From a plasmid: a DNA stretch of 64,000 bases. The stretch is taken from the sequence record NZ_AP019725.1; one strand, written 5' to 3'. This document shows, piece by piece, positions 9,354 through 19,826 of the stretch; the stretch's first letter is position 1, and each line of letters starts with the position of its first letter. The notes below the pieces were generated by a model. It was not told the DNA's origin. It searched no databases and was given only the letters and a program-made list of their open reading frames with translations. Both the position numbers and the translations under genes were made by a program.

Positions 9354-9615
9354 ATACTTCGTCCGTATGTTCTGATGGCATTATAAAGCCGTTACATTCA
9401 AGAATATGGCAGACTGTATATATGGCGGTAATCCTGTTGTCCAAGATGACAAACTCTACATTCCTGAAAAAACCTTTGAAGGTCTTGCCGTTTGCATCTG
9501 TGATTATAACAAGCTCTCCCTTCAGATGGTCAAGTTCTGCTGCTCTCTTCTGTGCATTCTTAAGCAATATATTGGCACTTTTCAAGCCTTGCTGAATAAT
9601 TACTTCCGGTTTCAT
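9298..9615 (-). CDS. Hypothetical protein, 105 aa
   Basis: ORF with coding-like composition, upstream partner of 8838..9353. No recognisable motif. Confidence 0.4.
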   Translation of the reverse strand: MKPEVIIQQGLKSANILLKNAQKRAAELDHLKGELVIITDANGKTFKGFFRNVEFVILDNRITAIYTVCHILECNGFIMPSEHTDEVYDAVYIRKTSYKNYRYKV

Positions 9616-9655
9616 ATGATAACAAATTAAAGTGTTGTATAATTGGGTTAATTAT

Positions 9656-9692
9656 ACCCTATCCTTTATACCTTGATACAAAGGATAGGGAA
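9656..9692 (-). terminator. Hairpin (ccctatccttt / aaaggataggg, 11-bp stem) downstream of the 150-aa gene
   Basis: Perfect 11-bp inverted repeat with a 12-nt loop between two minus-strand units. Confidence 0.4.
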
Positions 9693-9872
9693 AAAGAGTC
9701 AGTCAATGTCATAGCCTATCATGGTATTGTCATTGATAAGCAGATAATAATAGCCGTTCCCGGTGTTTCGGTATTCCTTCATAAAACCAGCTGCCATGTC
9801 ACCGTCCTCACGAGGTTCGCACCAGAGTGTGCCGTCATAGCCGCAAAAGTCAAACCTGTAGCTTGAATACTT

Positions 9873-10325
9873 CTACTTCTTTTTGAAGGCTTCCCTGAAG
9901 CACTCCATCACCATGCAGCCGCAATACTTTTCAATGGTGCTCAATCTGATACATTTTCCGTCAATGGTGGTTCCTGTCGTGATATGGTTTTCATACAGTG
10001 ACTTCTCCGGATCTGCGTCTGCAATCTGTCTTAGCCAGGCATTGGTATGTGAAGCCAGCCGCGCCAGCTTCTTGTATTTCAAGACCTCTTTTCTGACGGT
10101 TTCCTTATCATCCTCACCGGTCGGATAATAAACAGCCTGAATGGATGCCCAATCATAAAACCTATAGCCTTTCCTTTTCTTTCTCTCTGCGATTATACCT
10201 ATCACTCCTTCCTGACGATTGATAAAAAGCCTTCTGCGCTTACCGTTGATTTTTACGTACAGTGAAGATGGGTTGTTGGGGTTACGGAGATATGCTTCTG
10301 CCGGATGTATCGTTGTTGTGTTCAT
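9873..10325 (-). CDS. Hypothetical protein, 150 aa (basic, mobile-element associated)
   Basis: Complete ORF. It is preceded by palindromic operator copy (a) at 10353-10377. Confidence 0.45.
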   Translation of the reverse strand: MNTTTIHPAEAYLRNPNNPSSLYVKINGKRRRLFINRQEGVIGIIAERKKRKGYRFYDWASIQAVYYPTGEDDKETVRKEVLKYKKLARLASHTNAWLRQIADADPEKSLYENHITTGTTIDGKCIRLSTIEKYCGCMVMECFREAFKKK

Positions 10326-10352
10326 ATCGGTAAATTTTGATAATTAATACTA

Positions 10353-10377
10353 TTTTGATTATGTTACATAATCAGAT
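10353..10377. promoter_or_regulatory. Palindromic operator-like site, copy (a): TTTTGATTATGT-T-ACATAATCAGAT
   Basis: Perfect 17-bp palindrome GATTATGT T ACATAATC at 10357-10373, with its centre 40 bp upstream of the 10325 start codon. Confidence 0.55.
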
Positions 10378-10619
10378 TAAGAAAAAACCATATCTTCGGC
10401 AAACCTCTCTATCCAGTCAACAATATGGTTCATGTTGTATTCAGAAGTGATAATAGCTTCCGTTTCGCTTATCTGAGTGAACCTTGAAGATTCATATCCG
10501 TCTATGAACTCCTTTAAGCTCTCTACACCGAACATTTCCTTTTCTTCCTCGAACTCCTTGTCTATTTCAGCAAGAGGCTTTCTGAACGTGATGTGCAAAG
10601 TTTCATAGTTCTTTTCCAT
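10377..10619 (-). CDS. Hypothetical small protein (about 80 aa from internal Met MEKNYETL)
   Basis: ORF 10377..10742 trimmed to avoid overlap with the upstream gene. Acidic small protein typical of CTn accessory regions. Confidence 0.35.
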   Translation of the reverse strand: MEKNYETLHITFRKPLAEIDKEFEEEKEMFGVESLKEFIDGYESSRFTQISETEAIITSEYNMNHIVDWIERFAEDMVFS

Positions 10620-10626
10620 AATACAG

Positions 10627-10905
10627 TCATTTAGAGTCATTGATAATGGTAATATTTCCGTACATTTTTCTGAATACTTCCGAGACATCCTCAAAATATC
10701 TGCTGCCATACTCACAGGTAAGTTCCTTTGTCCAGAAGTCAAAGCTAAAGGATTCCGTATGGTCTATCGTTACACTCACATAGTCCTCCATACCGCTCTG
10801 GCACACAATGGTATGCCGTTGTACCTTAAACTGACGGTTCAGGCTCATATATCTTGCGGTCAATTTCTTAACCATCATTTCAATCCACTTCATAATGTAT
10901 GTCAT
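10627..10905 (-). CDS. Hypothetical small protein, 92 aa
   Basis: ORF tightly spaced (8 nt) upstream of the 80-aa ORF. Confidence 0.4.
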   Translation of the reverse strand: MTYIMKWIEMMVKKLTARYMSLNRQFKVQRHTIVCQSGMEDYVSVTIDHTESFSFDFWTKELTCEYGSRYFEDVSEVFRKMYGNITIINDSK

Positions 10906-10923
10906 TTGATTGTTTTGCTACTT

Positions 10924-10970
10924 TTTCTTGAAAAAGTAGTCACAACCTTTTTTTGAAGGTTGTGCTACTC
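10924..10970. terminator. Two adjacent perfect hairpins (ctacttttt-cttg-aaaaagtag and cacaacctt-ttttttg-aaggttgtg)
   Basis: Both 9-bp stems were read directly. They sit between the radC-like stop (10978) and the next minus-strand start (10905). Confidence 0.4.
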
Positions 10971-10977
10971 GGTTCAC

Positions 10978-11586
10978 TTAGAGTCTGCCTTCATCTGCAT
11001 AACTGTAGTAAGAATCATTGCAGATGATAACATGGTCAAGCATTCGGATATTGAGTGTCTTGGCTGCCGTTGCTGCCGATTGGGTCAGCTTATCATCCTC
11101 TGTACTTGGTTTTTTGTTTCCGCTCGGATGATTGTGAGAAAGGATAAATGAGGTAGCCTCGCAAAGAATAGCCTCTTTAAGCAGTACCCTTATATCAATC
11201 AGGCATGTATTCAGCCCACCGGAAGAAATGCGTATTCTCTTGATAACTCTTGCAGATGAGTTCATTAAGATAGCCCAACATTCTTCGGTCTTGTTATCTC
11301 CCAAAACAGGCTGCATATAGTCATAAATGTCTGTACTCTGTCTGATAACCGGTCTTTGGTTCTTGTTTGAGTTGCAGCGTTTGTAAAGCTCCACACCTGC
11401 CATAACGAGATTGCGCTTTCCTGGGGTCATTTTCGCCAGGACATCCTCAAAGCTGCACTCTTCGCCATAAACCACTTCCTTTTCCTGTACCTTGTTTACC
11501 ATCACTGCGCTGTTGGTAAGAATATACACAAGTTCTGAACTGTCCATCAGTCTGTAATCGCCGTTAACTTCGAAACCTTTTCTCAT
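10978..11586 (-). CDS. radC: RadC-like JAB/MPN domain protein
   Basis: JAMM motif ILSHNHPSGNKKPSTED. 202 aa, typical of the Bacteroides CTn-borne RadC. Confidence 0.8.
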   Translation of the reverse strand: MRKGFEVNGDYRLMDSSELVYILTNSAVMVNKVQEKEVVYGEECSFEDVLAKMTPGKRNLVMAGVELYKRCNSNKNQRPVIRQSTDIYDYMQPVLGDNKTEECWAILMNSSARVIKRIRISSGGLNTCLIDIRVLLKEAILCEATSFILSHNHPSGNKKPSTEDDKLTQSAATAAKTLNIRMLDHVIICNDSYYSYADEGRL

Positions 11587-12424
11587 ATCCGTATGCTTTA
11601 GAGGGTTAAAAACTTGAATTATTCTTCAGCTAGATTTAGACCTTTTTTTTGAAAACCTTTGTCTTGGTTTGGTCTTTTGTCCGCTGACTTTTTTTTAGAT
11701 TGAGAATCATTCCCCATCTGAGTTTGAGCCTTTTTTTTACGGCTTCTTTAGGTACGGGCGAGTGGAATTAGAAAAGTTTTGAACGAAAAAAATGTTGGGG
11801 CAGTCGCAGACAACATCGTTATTTTTTTCAGGGCAAAGGCTGCAGGCCGGAACTCTTTCATTTCCACCACGACCATATACCTTTGCCGTATAAAAAGAAA
11901 GGCTCTTAGATGGGGGAACACCGATAAATGAGGAAGCGGACAGCAGAAAAGACCAATGAAAGACAATAGAAAAACGAGTTATACCGATTATACTCTGGGT
12001 AGATAAGGAACTTTAGCGACATACCTTAAAGGGGTGGTGGGAGTAAGAGAAGATTACTTGGGATGAAGTACAAAGTTTACAGAAACCTAAATTATTAATG
12101 ATAGGTATATTTTCTTTCTGAGTAACTTATGCGATATGATAGAATAGATTGATTATAAAAAATTTTCGCATTAATAATTTGAATTCTACTAGGATTGTTA
12201 GAAATCATTTTTATGACTGCGAAATTATTGTTGAATTGGTTTTGTATCCTGTCCATTAGGATGTAATTTTTTAAGCACAATATTATATAGTAATTACTGT
12301 TCTCATTTACATTATCTCTGGTTTTTAAATACCATGCATATAAAAACACCATGTTTTTTTAATATTTCTCCCATCATCCATATCAATACTTTATTTTTTA
12401 TTTGCATCAGAAAATCAAATACTA

Positions 12425-14971
12425 ATGTTCAATTTTAAAACCATGAGAAAACATTTAGTAACTGTCAGTCTTCTTCTGACCAGTCTTTTTACCAACGCTT
12501 ATGCGTTAAATAATAATTCCGATTTCAATAACGGGTGGAAGTTTACACTTTCTGATTCTGTCTGTTATTCATTTGTAAACTATAATCCGTCTTCGTGGAA
12601 AACAGTGAATCTGCCCCATGATTGGAGTGTTGATCTTCCTTTTGAGTCTACAGCGGAAGGTTGCACCGGTTTCCTTAAAGGTGGAATTGGTTGGTATAGT
12701 AAAACATTTGATACACCCGACAATTTCGTTGATAAGAAATGCTATATAGTTTTTGATGGGGTGTACAATAATTCTGAATATTGGATAAATGGTAGAAAAT
12801 TAGGATTCCATCCATATGGATACTCTCCATTTTTTTATGACATTTCAGATTATTTGAATCCGAAAGGACAAGAAAACAGAATTTCTGTCAGAATTGACCA
12901 TTCCAGATATGCAGACAGCAGATGGTATACCGGTTCGGGTATTTATAGAGAAACTCAGTTGATATTTACTGATAAGTTGCATATTCCTGTTTGGGGAACT
13001 TTTGTAACTACACCTGTAGTTTCCTCTGAAAGAGCAACCGTAAATATTGAGGTAAGGGTCAAGAACGACTATTCCGGACCAAGAGCAGGTGAAGTAAGAA
13101 CTTCTTATTTTGACTCCAAAAATAAGAAAGTAGGCGAGAAACTGACATCTTTTTTGATAGAGGCAGGAAAGGAAATGAAAATCAACCAGTCGGTAGAAAT
13201 ATCAAATCCTTCCCTTTGGGATGTTGATTCTCCTTCAATGTATCTTGCAAAGAGCGAAATTCTTGTAGATGGTAACGTTGTTGATACAAAAGAAACTCCT
13301 TTTGGTATTAGAAGTATAAAGTTTGATGCTAAAAAAGGATTTTTCCTCAACGGAAAGAACATGAAGATTAAAGGTGTTTGTCTTCATCATGATGCAAGTA
13401 TGATTGGAGCTGCATTGGTTGAAGATGTTTGGAGAAGACGATTACAGACTTTAAAAGATGGTGGTTGTAATGCCATTCGTTTGTCACATAATCCTGGTGC
13501 AGATGCTTTCCTGGAGCTTTGTGATGAAATGGGATTTCTTGTTCAGGAAGAATTTTTTGATGAATGGGATTATCCAAAAGATAAGCGATTAAACATGGAT
13601 GAACAGTCCATTGATTATATAACAAGAGGATACTGCGAATATTTTCAGGAATGGGCCGAACGAGACCTTAAGAATGTAATGCTTAGAAGTAGAAATCATC
13701 CATGTATATTTCAGTGGAGTATTGGTAATGAAATAGAATGGACTTATAAAGGATGTAAGGAGTCAACAGGTTTCTTTAGTGCAGATGCCGGTGGTGGATA
13801 TTTCTGGAACCAGCCTCCTTATTCAACTCAGAGAATCAGGGAAGAGTGGGCTAAACAGCCTAAGCAGACTTATGATATTGGTCGCACAGCGAAGAAACTG
13901 GCAGCATGGACTCGTGAGATGGACACAACTCGTCCGGTAACAGCTAATTGTATACTTCCTTCTATAAGTTATGAGACAGGATATATTGATGCTCTTGATG
14001 TAGCCGGATTCAGCTATAGAAGAGTAATGTATGATTATGCCCACAAGAATTATCCTGACAAACCTGCAATGGGTACTGAAAATCTCGGTCAGTGGCATGA
14101 ATGGAAAGCGGTTATCGAACGTGACTATATCCCTGGTATGTTTATATGGACAGGTGTAGATTATTTAGGAGAAGTTGGAACAAAAGGTAGAGAATGGCCA
14201 CAAAGAGCTATCGGATGTGGACTGCTTGATTTGGCAGGATTTGAAAAACCTTCTTTCCATATGATGAAATCACTTTGGACTGATGCGCCATTTATTGCTA
14301 TCTATTCTCAGACAGCCAACAAGTCTTCTTATGTTGAAAAGGATGGAAAGTTTACTGATAAGGATCCTAAAAAGCCTTGGACTCAACGACTTTGGGTTTG
14401 GGAGGATGTAAACAGTCATTGGAATTATACTAAAGGTGAAAAAGTTGTTGTGGAGATATATTCAAACTGCGATGAGATAGAACTATTCCAGAATGGCAAA
14501 TCCTTAGGAAAACGCTTCCTGAAAGATTTTGAGGATCATATCTATAAGTGGTCGGTAGATTTTAAAGATGGAAATATAGTTGCTAAAGGTAAAAAGAACG
14601 GTAAGAAAACAACTTCTGCAATTTATACCACCAAAGAAACAAATTCAATTAAGCTATCAGTTGATAAGGTTGCAGTTGATGCTAATAATACGGATGTGAT
14701 ACATGTTACTGCACAATTGATTGATAGGAACGGAAGAAATATTTCTTGGGAAGAAAAGGAAATAACATTTAATATTGGTGGCAATTACAGATTATTGGGT
14801 GTGGAAAATGGCGATCATCTGAATGTTTTAAACTATAAATCAAATACAGTAAAAACCTATAAAGGAAGAGCATTGCTAGTGTTGCAGGCTACGGACAAGG
14901 CCGGCATTCTGAACATCAATGCAAATTCTGGCAGCATTAGTTCAAATGATTTAAAGGTTGAAGTTAAATGA
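12425..14971 (+). CDS. Glycoside hydrolase family 2 (beta-galactosidase-like)
   Basis: Signal peptide. Motifs [19 protein letters not shown] and WSIGNE (NE acid/base). 848 aa. Confidence 0.85.
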   Translation: MFNFKTMRKHLVTVSLLLTSLFTNAYALNNNSDFNNGWKFTLSDSVCYSFVNYNPSSWKTVNLPHDWSVDLPFESTAEGCTGFLKGGIGWYSKTFDTPDNFVDKKCYIVFDGVYNNSEYWINGRKLGFHPYGYSPFFYDISDYLNPKGQENRISVRIDHSRYADSRWYTGSGIYRETQLIFTDKLHIPVWGTFVTTPVVSSERATVNIEVRVKNDYSGPRAGEVRTSYFDSKNKKVGEKLTSFLIEAGKEMKINQSVEISNPSLWDVDSPSMYLAKSEILVDGNVVDTKETPFGIRSIKFDAKKGFFLNGKNMKIKGVCLHHDASMIGAALVEDVWRRRLQTLKDGGCNAIRLSHNPGADAFLELCDEMGFLVQEEFFDEWDYPKDKRLNMDEQSIDYITRGYCEYFQEWAERDLKNVMLRSRNHPCIFQWSIGNEIEWTYKGCKESTGFFSADAGGGYFWNQPPYSTQRIREEWAKQPKQTYDIGRTAKKLAAWTREMDTTRPVTANCILPSISYETGYIDALDVAGFSYRRVMYDYAHKNYPDKPAMGTENLGQWHEWKAVIERDYIPGMFIWTGVDYLGEVGTKGREWPQRAIGCGLLDLAGFEKPSFHMMKSLWTDAPFIAIYSQTANKSSYVEKDGKFTDKDPKKPWTQRLWVWEDVNSHWNYTKGEKVVVEIYSNCDEIELFQNGKSLGKRFLKDFEDHIYKWSVDFKDGNIVAKGKKNGKKTTSAIYTTKETNSIKLSVDKVAVDANNTDVIHVTAQLIDRNGRNISWEEKEITFNIGGNYRLLGVENGDHLNVLNYKSNTVKTYKGRALLVLQATDKAGILNINANSGSISSNDLKVEVK

Positions 14972-14987
14972 TTTAATTATAATAATT

Positions 14988-16196
14988 ATGTTACTGAAGA
15001 ATGTATTAACAATAGTGGGAGGTATAGCGTTGTTTGCCTCCTGTGTAAACCAGCCTTCTGCTACAGTGTCTACTGATGATAGTGCTTATGACCAGCGTAA
15101 AGCGGATTCTTTGGGAATACCCAAAGGAAATAAATTAAGTGCTGCGATGAAACGTGCCATGGAATGGCCGCAGCGTGACAATTCGTGGTTCTTTGAATAT
15201 AAGATGATGCCTTTAAAAGGTGATTTGGCTTATGAGGAAGGTATAGTTAGACGCGACCCAAGTGCTATGATTAAGGTTGGAGACAAGTACTATGTATGGT
15301 ATTCAAAAAGTTATGGTGAAACTCAGGGATTTGCCGGGGATGTTGAAAATGAAAAGGTTTTTCCATGGGACAGATGCGATATATGGTATGCCACAAGTAA
15401 GGATGGTATTACCTGGAAAGAAGAAGGTGTGGCTGTTAAAAGAGGTGAAAAAGGAGCATACGATGACAGATCGGTTTTCACTCCTGAAGTTATGCAGTGG
15501 AATGGTAAGTATTATCTTTGTTACCAGACTGTTAAATCGCCATACACAGTTAGAGTTAAGGAAAATGTTGCTATGGCATGGGCTGATTCTCCTGATGGTC
15601 CGTGGGAAAAGACTGATAAGCCGGTTCTTACCCCATCCGACAATGGCGTTTGGGAAGGAGAAGAGGATAATAGATTTAAAGTAAAAGCTAAAGGTGACTT
15701 TGACAGTCATAAAGTGCATGATCCATGTATCATACCATACAATGGTAAATTCTATCTTTATTATAAAGGTGAAAGAATGGGTGAGGAAATTACCTGGGGA
15801 GGTAGAGAAATCAAACATGGTGTAGCTATAGCCGATAATCCACTTGGTCCTTATACCAAATCAGAGTATAATCCTATAAGCAATAGTGGACACGAGATAT
15901 GTGTATGGCCTTATAAAGGAGGTATAGCATCTTTGATTACAACAGACGGACCGGAAAAGAATACCTTGCAGTGGTCGCCAGACGGCATAAACTTCGAGAT
16001 AATGTCCGTTATACCAGGAGCACCTCATGCTATTGGTCTGAACAGAAGTGCTGATAATGATAAGGAACCTACTGAAATATTGCGTTGGGGATTGACTCAT
16101 CAATACATTACCTATAATTATCAATGCATTATGCGTTTTGAAACATGGACTAAACAGACTCATACTGCAATTGGTGAATCAACAAAGCGAAAATAA
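14988..16196 (+). CDS. GH117-like (GH43-superfamily five-bladed beta-propeller) hydrolase, candidate alpha-1,3-(3,6-anhydro)-L-galactosidase
   Basis: Lipobox LFASC. Propeller-blade motifs are [36 protein letters not shown] and [10 protein letters not shown]. It is a paralog of 54154..55386. Confidence 0.55.
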   Translation: MLLKNVLTIVGGIALFASCVNQPSATVSTDDSAYDQRKADSLGIPKGNKLSAAMKRAMEWPQRDNSWFFEYKMMPLKGDLAYEEGIVRRDPSAMIKVGDKYYVWYSKSYGETQGFAGDVENEKVFPWDRCDIWYATSKDGITWKEEGVAVKRGEKGAYDDRSVFTPEVMQWNGKYYLCYQTVKSPYTVRVKENVAMAWADSPDGPWEKTDKPVLTPSDNGVWEGEEDNRFKVKAKGDFDSHKVHDPCIIPYNGKFYLYYKGERMGEEITWGGREIKHGVAIADNPLGPYTKSEYNPISNSGHEICVWPYKGGIASLITTDGPEKNTLQWSPDGINFEIMSVIPGAPHAIGLNRSADNDKEPTEILRWGLTHQYITYNYQCIMRFETWTKQTHTAIGESTKRK

Positions 16197-16202
16197 TAGC
16201 TT

Positions 16203-18728
16203 ATGAAGAGAAATATCTTGTCTGCGCTTTTGATTATGCTTGGTATTGCATATTCAAATGCGCAGCCGGGCTTCGAATCATTTTCAATGAACAACCAGCT
16301 TGTTAAAGACTTGAGCGGTTATAATTGGAAAATGAAGATGATGCGTCCTGGTGAAGGTGAAAAGCAGGGAATCCATAAAATTTTCCCTGAGGATATTGAG
16401 ACATTGGTTTGGAATCCTGCTAAAGTTCCCGGCGATGTTTACACTGATTTGTGGAAAGCCGGAGCCATAGACGATCCTTATTTTGGCAGGAACTCAGTTA
16501 AAGCACAGTGGGTTCAGCACTATGAATGGTGGTATGCAGCACAGTTTTATGTTACAGAGGATGTAAAGAACAAGTATATCCGTCTTGAATTCGACGGTGT
16601 TGACTATAGCTGCGATGTCTGGCTCAACGGACATTATTTGGGAAGGCATGACGGAGCGTTCGAGAAATTCAATTTTGAAGTAACAGACTACTTAAGAATA
16701 GGTAAGGATGCGCGCCGCGGTGCTAATATGCTTACTGTCAAGCTTAATCCTCCTACTCATATCAATACAGAACTTGGCGGTTTGAAGACTCCATGGTTCG
16801 GCGACTATTGGCGAGACCTGATTCCATTCGGAATTTGGCGTCCTGTGAGACTTGTGACATCCGGTAAGGTTAGGATAGACGATGTTTATGCCCGTACCAG
16901 GATAAACAAGAACTCTAGTGCTGATGTGGATATGGAGATAATGCTTGAAAATACTTCAAGCGAACCAATGTCGATGGATATAACAGCTTCTGTGCAGGGA
17001 TATAATTTTGAGTCGAAACCTATTCTGGTCAAGTTCAAACAGACAGTACCTCCCGGCAAACATATGTATAAGAAGAATTTCCATGTTGGCAAACCTGAAT
17101 TGTGGTGGCCATGGGATATGGGTAAGCAGAATCTGTACATAGCCAGAGTTTCCGCTCAAAACGGAAGTGTGAGACACGATTATAAGGAGGTTAAGTTTGG
17201 TATCAGAGAGGTAACCTCGGCATGGAATCCAGGTTTTAAGAAGGGTGTTGATGTAAGTTTTCCACGTACAACAGTTATAAATGGTAAACCTGTTTTTATC
17301 CGTTCAGCATGCTGGGGAGGCACACCAAATATATTTGTGGGTCGTACAGCTCCCGGAACATACGAGAAACTTCTTGTTTTGGCCAAGGAAGCCAATTTGA
17401 ATAATATCAGAATATTTGGCTGGCATAATCCTGAAATACCTGAATTTTATGAGATATGCGATTCATTAGGTCTAACGGTATGGCAGGATATGTTGCCATT
17501 GGGTTCCGGTAATATTCCAATGGAAAAATCCTATGTAGAGAAAGTATTGCAGGTAGCCAAGAGTGTAGCAATAGAACGTCGTAATCATCCATCGCTCATA
17601 ATGATGGAAGGAGGCGAGGAATATTTCTTGAGAACCAGAGATGTTAAGTTTGCCAATGACTTTCTGTTGCAATTGGGTGATACCCTTCAGCATTATCTTC
17701 CATTGCCTTATGTCCCCGATTCTCCTCTAACATGTGCCGCTTCGCAAGAGGCCGGTTATAAACCTAAGGAGGCAACCCATGCATTGGCGTATTTCTATTC
17801 AATGGGCCGATGGCTGATGGAGGATTGGTACAGAAAGCAGGATTACCCTATCGTACCGGAGTTTGCCATAACCTCCGTACCCAATGTAGAGAGTCTCAAG
17901 AAATTCATTCCTGAAGCTGAGATGTGGCCTCCCGGATTGAGCTGGGGACATCATTGGGCTGATTTGGATAAGCTTAAGATGCAAAACTTCGATACATTCG
18001 GTGAAGAACGTTCCAATGGGACATTGCAGGAGTTTGTAGATGCTACTCAGGATGCTCAAGGTGTAATATTCCAGAATGGTGTAGAGTTCTTCCGACGTCA
18101 GAAACCAAGACTTAGCGGAATAGCCCTTTGTCATTGGATAACTTACTGGCCTGACATGAAGTGGGGTATTGTAGATGCCTACCAACAGCCTAAGAGATCG
18201 TACGATTTTGTTAAGAGAGCCTATCAGCCATTGCTTGTATGTCTTGATTTCACAAGGCGCAGATGGCATAATGATGAAAGCTTCAAAGGTGCAATATGGA
18301 TAGTTAACGACCTTTATAAAGAATATAAGAACTCAAATGTTACTATCCGTATAAAAGACGATGTGGGTAATGTTCTTAAAGAGGCTGACTACAAGGTAAG
18401 TAAGATAGGCGAGAATTGTGCATTTAAACTCACTGATATCAGTTATAATGTTCTGTCTACAGTTAAGAAGATGTTCCATGTTGAACTCACACTGACAGAC
18501 AAGGGCGGTAAAGAAATCTCAACAAATAAATATTTCTTCTTGATTGGCGATCAGGCTGAAGCTACTAAACAGTTTAATGAAATGAATAAAAAGATGTCCA
18601 AGTCATTGCACAAATATACTAACGGAAATTATTACCGATATTATCCTGCCATGATTCAGACAGATGGACAGAATTATAATAGTGAAATTGAAGTTCCTGT
18701 AGCCAAAGGTTTTGGAAAAGCTAAATAG
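16203..18728 (+). CDS. Glycoside hydrolase family 2 (beta-mannosidase/exo-galactosidase-like architecture)
   Basis: Signal peptide. N-terminal sugar-binding motif DVYTDLWKAGAIDDPYFGRN. 841 aa. Ends with a genuine TAG stop. Confidence 0.75.
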   Translation: MKRNILSALLIMLGIAYSNAQPGFESFSMNNQLVKDLSGYNWKMKMMRPGEGEKQGIHKIFPEDIETLVWNPAKVPGDVYTDLWKAGAIDDPYFGRNSVKAQWVQHYEWWYAAQFYVTEDVKNKYIRLEFDGVDYSCDVWLNGHYLGRHDGAFEKFNFEVTDYLRIGKDARRGANMLTVKLNPPTHINTELGGLKTPWFGDYWRDLIPFGIWRPVRLVTSGKVRIDDVYARTRINKNSSADVDMEIMLENTSSEPMSMDITASVQGYNFESKPILVKFKQTVPPGKHMYKKNFHVGKPELWWPWDMGKQNLYIARVSAQNGSVRHDYKEVKFGIREVTSAWNPGFKKGVDVSFPRTTVINGKPVFIRSACWGGTPNIFVGRTAPGTYEKLLVLAKEANLNNIRIFGWHNPEIPEFYEICDSLGLTVWQDMLPLGSGNIPMEKSYVEKVLQVAKSVAIERRNHPSLIMMEGGEEYFLRTRDVKFANDFLLQLGDTLQHYLPLPYVPDSPLTCAASQEAGYKPKEATHALAYFYSMGRWLMEDWYRKQDYPIVPEFAITSVPNVESLKKFIPEAEMWPPGLSWGHHWADLDKLKMQNFDTFGEERSNGTLQEFVDATQDAQGVIFQNGVEFFRRQKPRLSGIALCHWITYWPDMKWGIVDAYQQPKRSYDFVKRAYQPLLVCLDFTRRRWHNDESFKGAIWIVNDLYKEYKNSNVTIRIKDDVGNVLKEADYKVSKIGENCAFKLTDISYNVLSTVKKMFHVELTLTDKGGKEISTNKYFFLIGDQAEATKQFNEMNKKMSKSLHKYTNGNYYRYYPAMIQTDGQNYNSEIEVPVAKGFGKAK

Positions 18729-18752
18729 TTAAATGTTTTAAATTATAAAGAA

Positions 18753-19769
18753 ATGAAAGCAAGTTATTATGAAGGAAATAAAACCTTCACTGTAAAAGAA
18801 AAGGAATTAATTGCACCTGCTAAAGGCGAAGTTAGAATTAAGGTCGCTTATTGTGGTATATGTGGAAGTGATGTTCACATCTTTCATGGTAATATGGATA
18901 GCCGTGTTTCTATCCCGCAGACTATCGGTCACGAAATGTCAGGAGTAATTGATGCTATAGGGGAAGGTGTAGAAGGATATAAAGTAGGTGATAAAGTAGT
19001 TGTTCGCCCTCTCGATAATCGTCTTGAAGATGCTTCTGATAAAGGTTGGAGCCATATCTGTAAAAAACTTAAATTTATTGGTATTGATAGCGAAGGTGCG
19101 TTGCAGCAGTATTGGAACATTATGGCGTTCACTTTACACAAACTTCCGGATGATATCGACCTGAAACTTGCAGCCTTAATTGAACCTTTGGCTGTAGCTT
19201 GTCATGATGTTCGTCGTAGCGGATTGAAAGCCGGTGAAGTTGCCGTAGTTTTAGGGGGTGGTCCAATCGGAGCTTTGGTGGCAATGGTAGCAAAAACAAC
19301 AGGTGCAAAGATTGTTGTTTCTGAAGTTAATCCTGTAAGAATAAAGCTTCTTAAAGAGATGGGATTTGATGTAATCAGTCCAGCTGAACAAGACCTGTTG
19401 GAATATGTCAAGAAAATAAGCAACGGTTCTTTGGCTGATGTCGTCTTTGAGGTTGCCGGTGTTCAGAGTACGGTTAACGCTATGACAGAAATTGCCGGTT
19501 TGCGTGCCCGTATAGTAGGTGTTGCTATACATGCTCAACCAAGACCTGTAGACTTGAAGATGATGTTCTGGCGTGAACTTACATTCATGGGAGCTCGTGT
19601 TTATGAATATGAAGATTATGAAAAAGCTATTGATTTGGTTAATCAGAAAGTTCTTCCGTTGGAAAACATCATCTCTAATGTTCAGCCTTTGACAAATATA
19701 CAGTCATTATTCGAAGAAATCGTAAGCAATCCTAGTGGAATGAAATATTTGGTAGACTGCCAAGGGTAA
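18753..19769 (+). CDS. Zn-dependent medium-chain alcohol dehydrogenase; candidate 2-keto-3-deoxy-L-galactonate 5-dehydrogenase
   Basis: GICGSDVH and GHEMSG zinc sites. Rossmann motif GGGPIGAL. Confidence 0.8.
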   Translation: MKASYYEGNKTFTVKEKELIAPAKGEVRIKVAYCGICGSDVHIFHGNMDSRVSIPQTIGHEMSGVIDAIGEGVEGYKVGDKVVVRPLDNRLEDASDKGWSHICKKLKFIGIDSEGALQQYWNIMAFTLHKLPDDIDLKLAALIEPLAVACHDVRRSGLKAGEVAVVLGGGPIGALVAMVAKTTGAKIVVSEVNPVRIKLLKEMGFDVISPAEQDLLEYVKKISNGSLADVVFEVAGVQSTVNAMTEIAGLRARIVGVAIHAQPRPVDLKMMFWRELTFMGARVYEYEDYEKAIDLVNQKVLPLENIISNVQPLTNIQSLFEEIVSNPSGMKYLVDCQG

Positions 19770-19826
19770 ATAATAAATTAACAAGTGACAAATTACATTA
19801 TTAATGATTTTAAACTAAATAATAAT

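Noticed and set aside
11587-12100. tRNA or tmRNA as an integration target at the CTn/PUL junction
   Set aside because: No cloverleaf-compatible segment with a CCA-proximal acceptor stem could be found by eye. This needs tRNAscan/Infernal.
12095-12352. 85-aa ORF in the AT-rich region upstream of the first GH2 (and the 72-aa ORF at 11748..11966)
   Set aside because: Low-complexity sequence, no start context, and it lies in the promoter/junction region.
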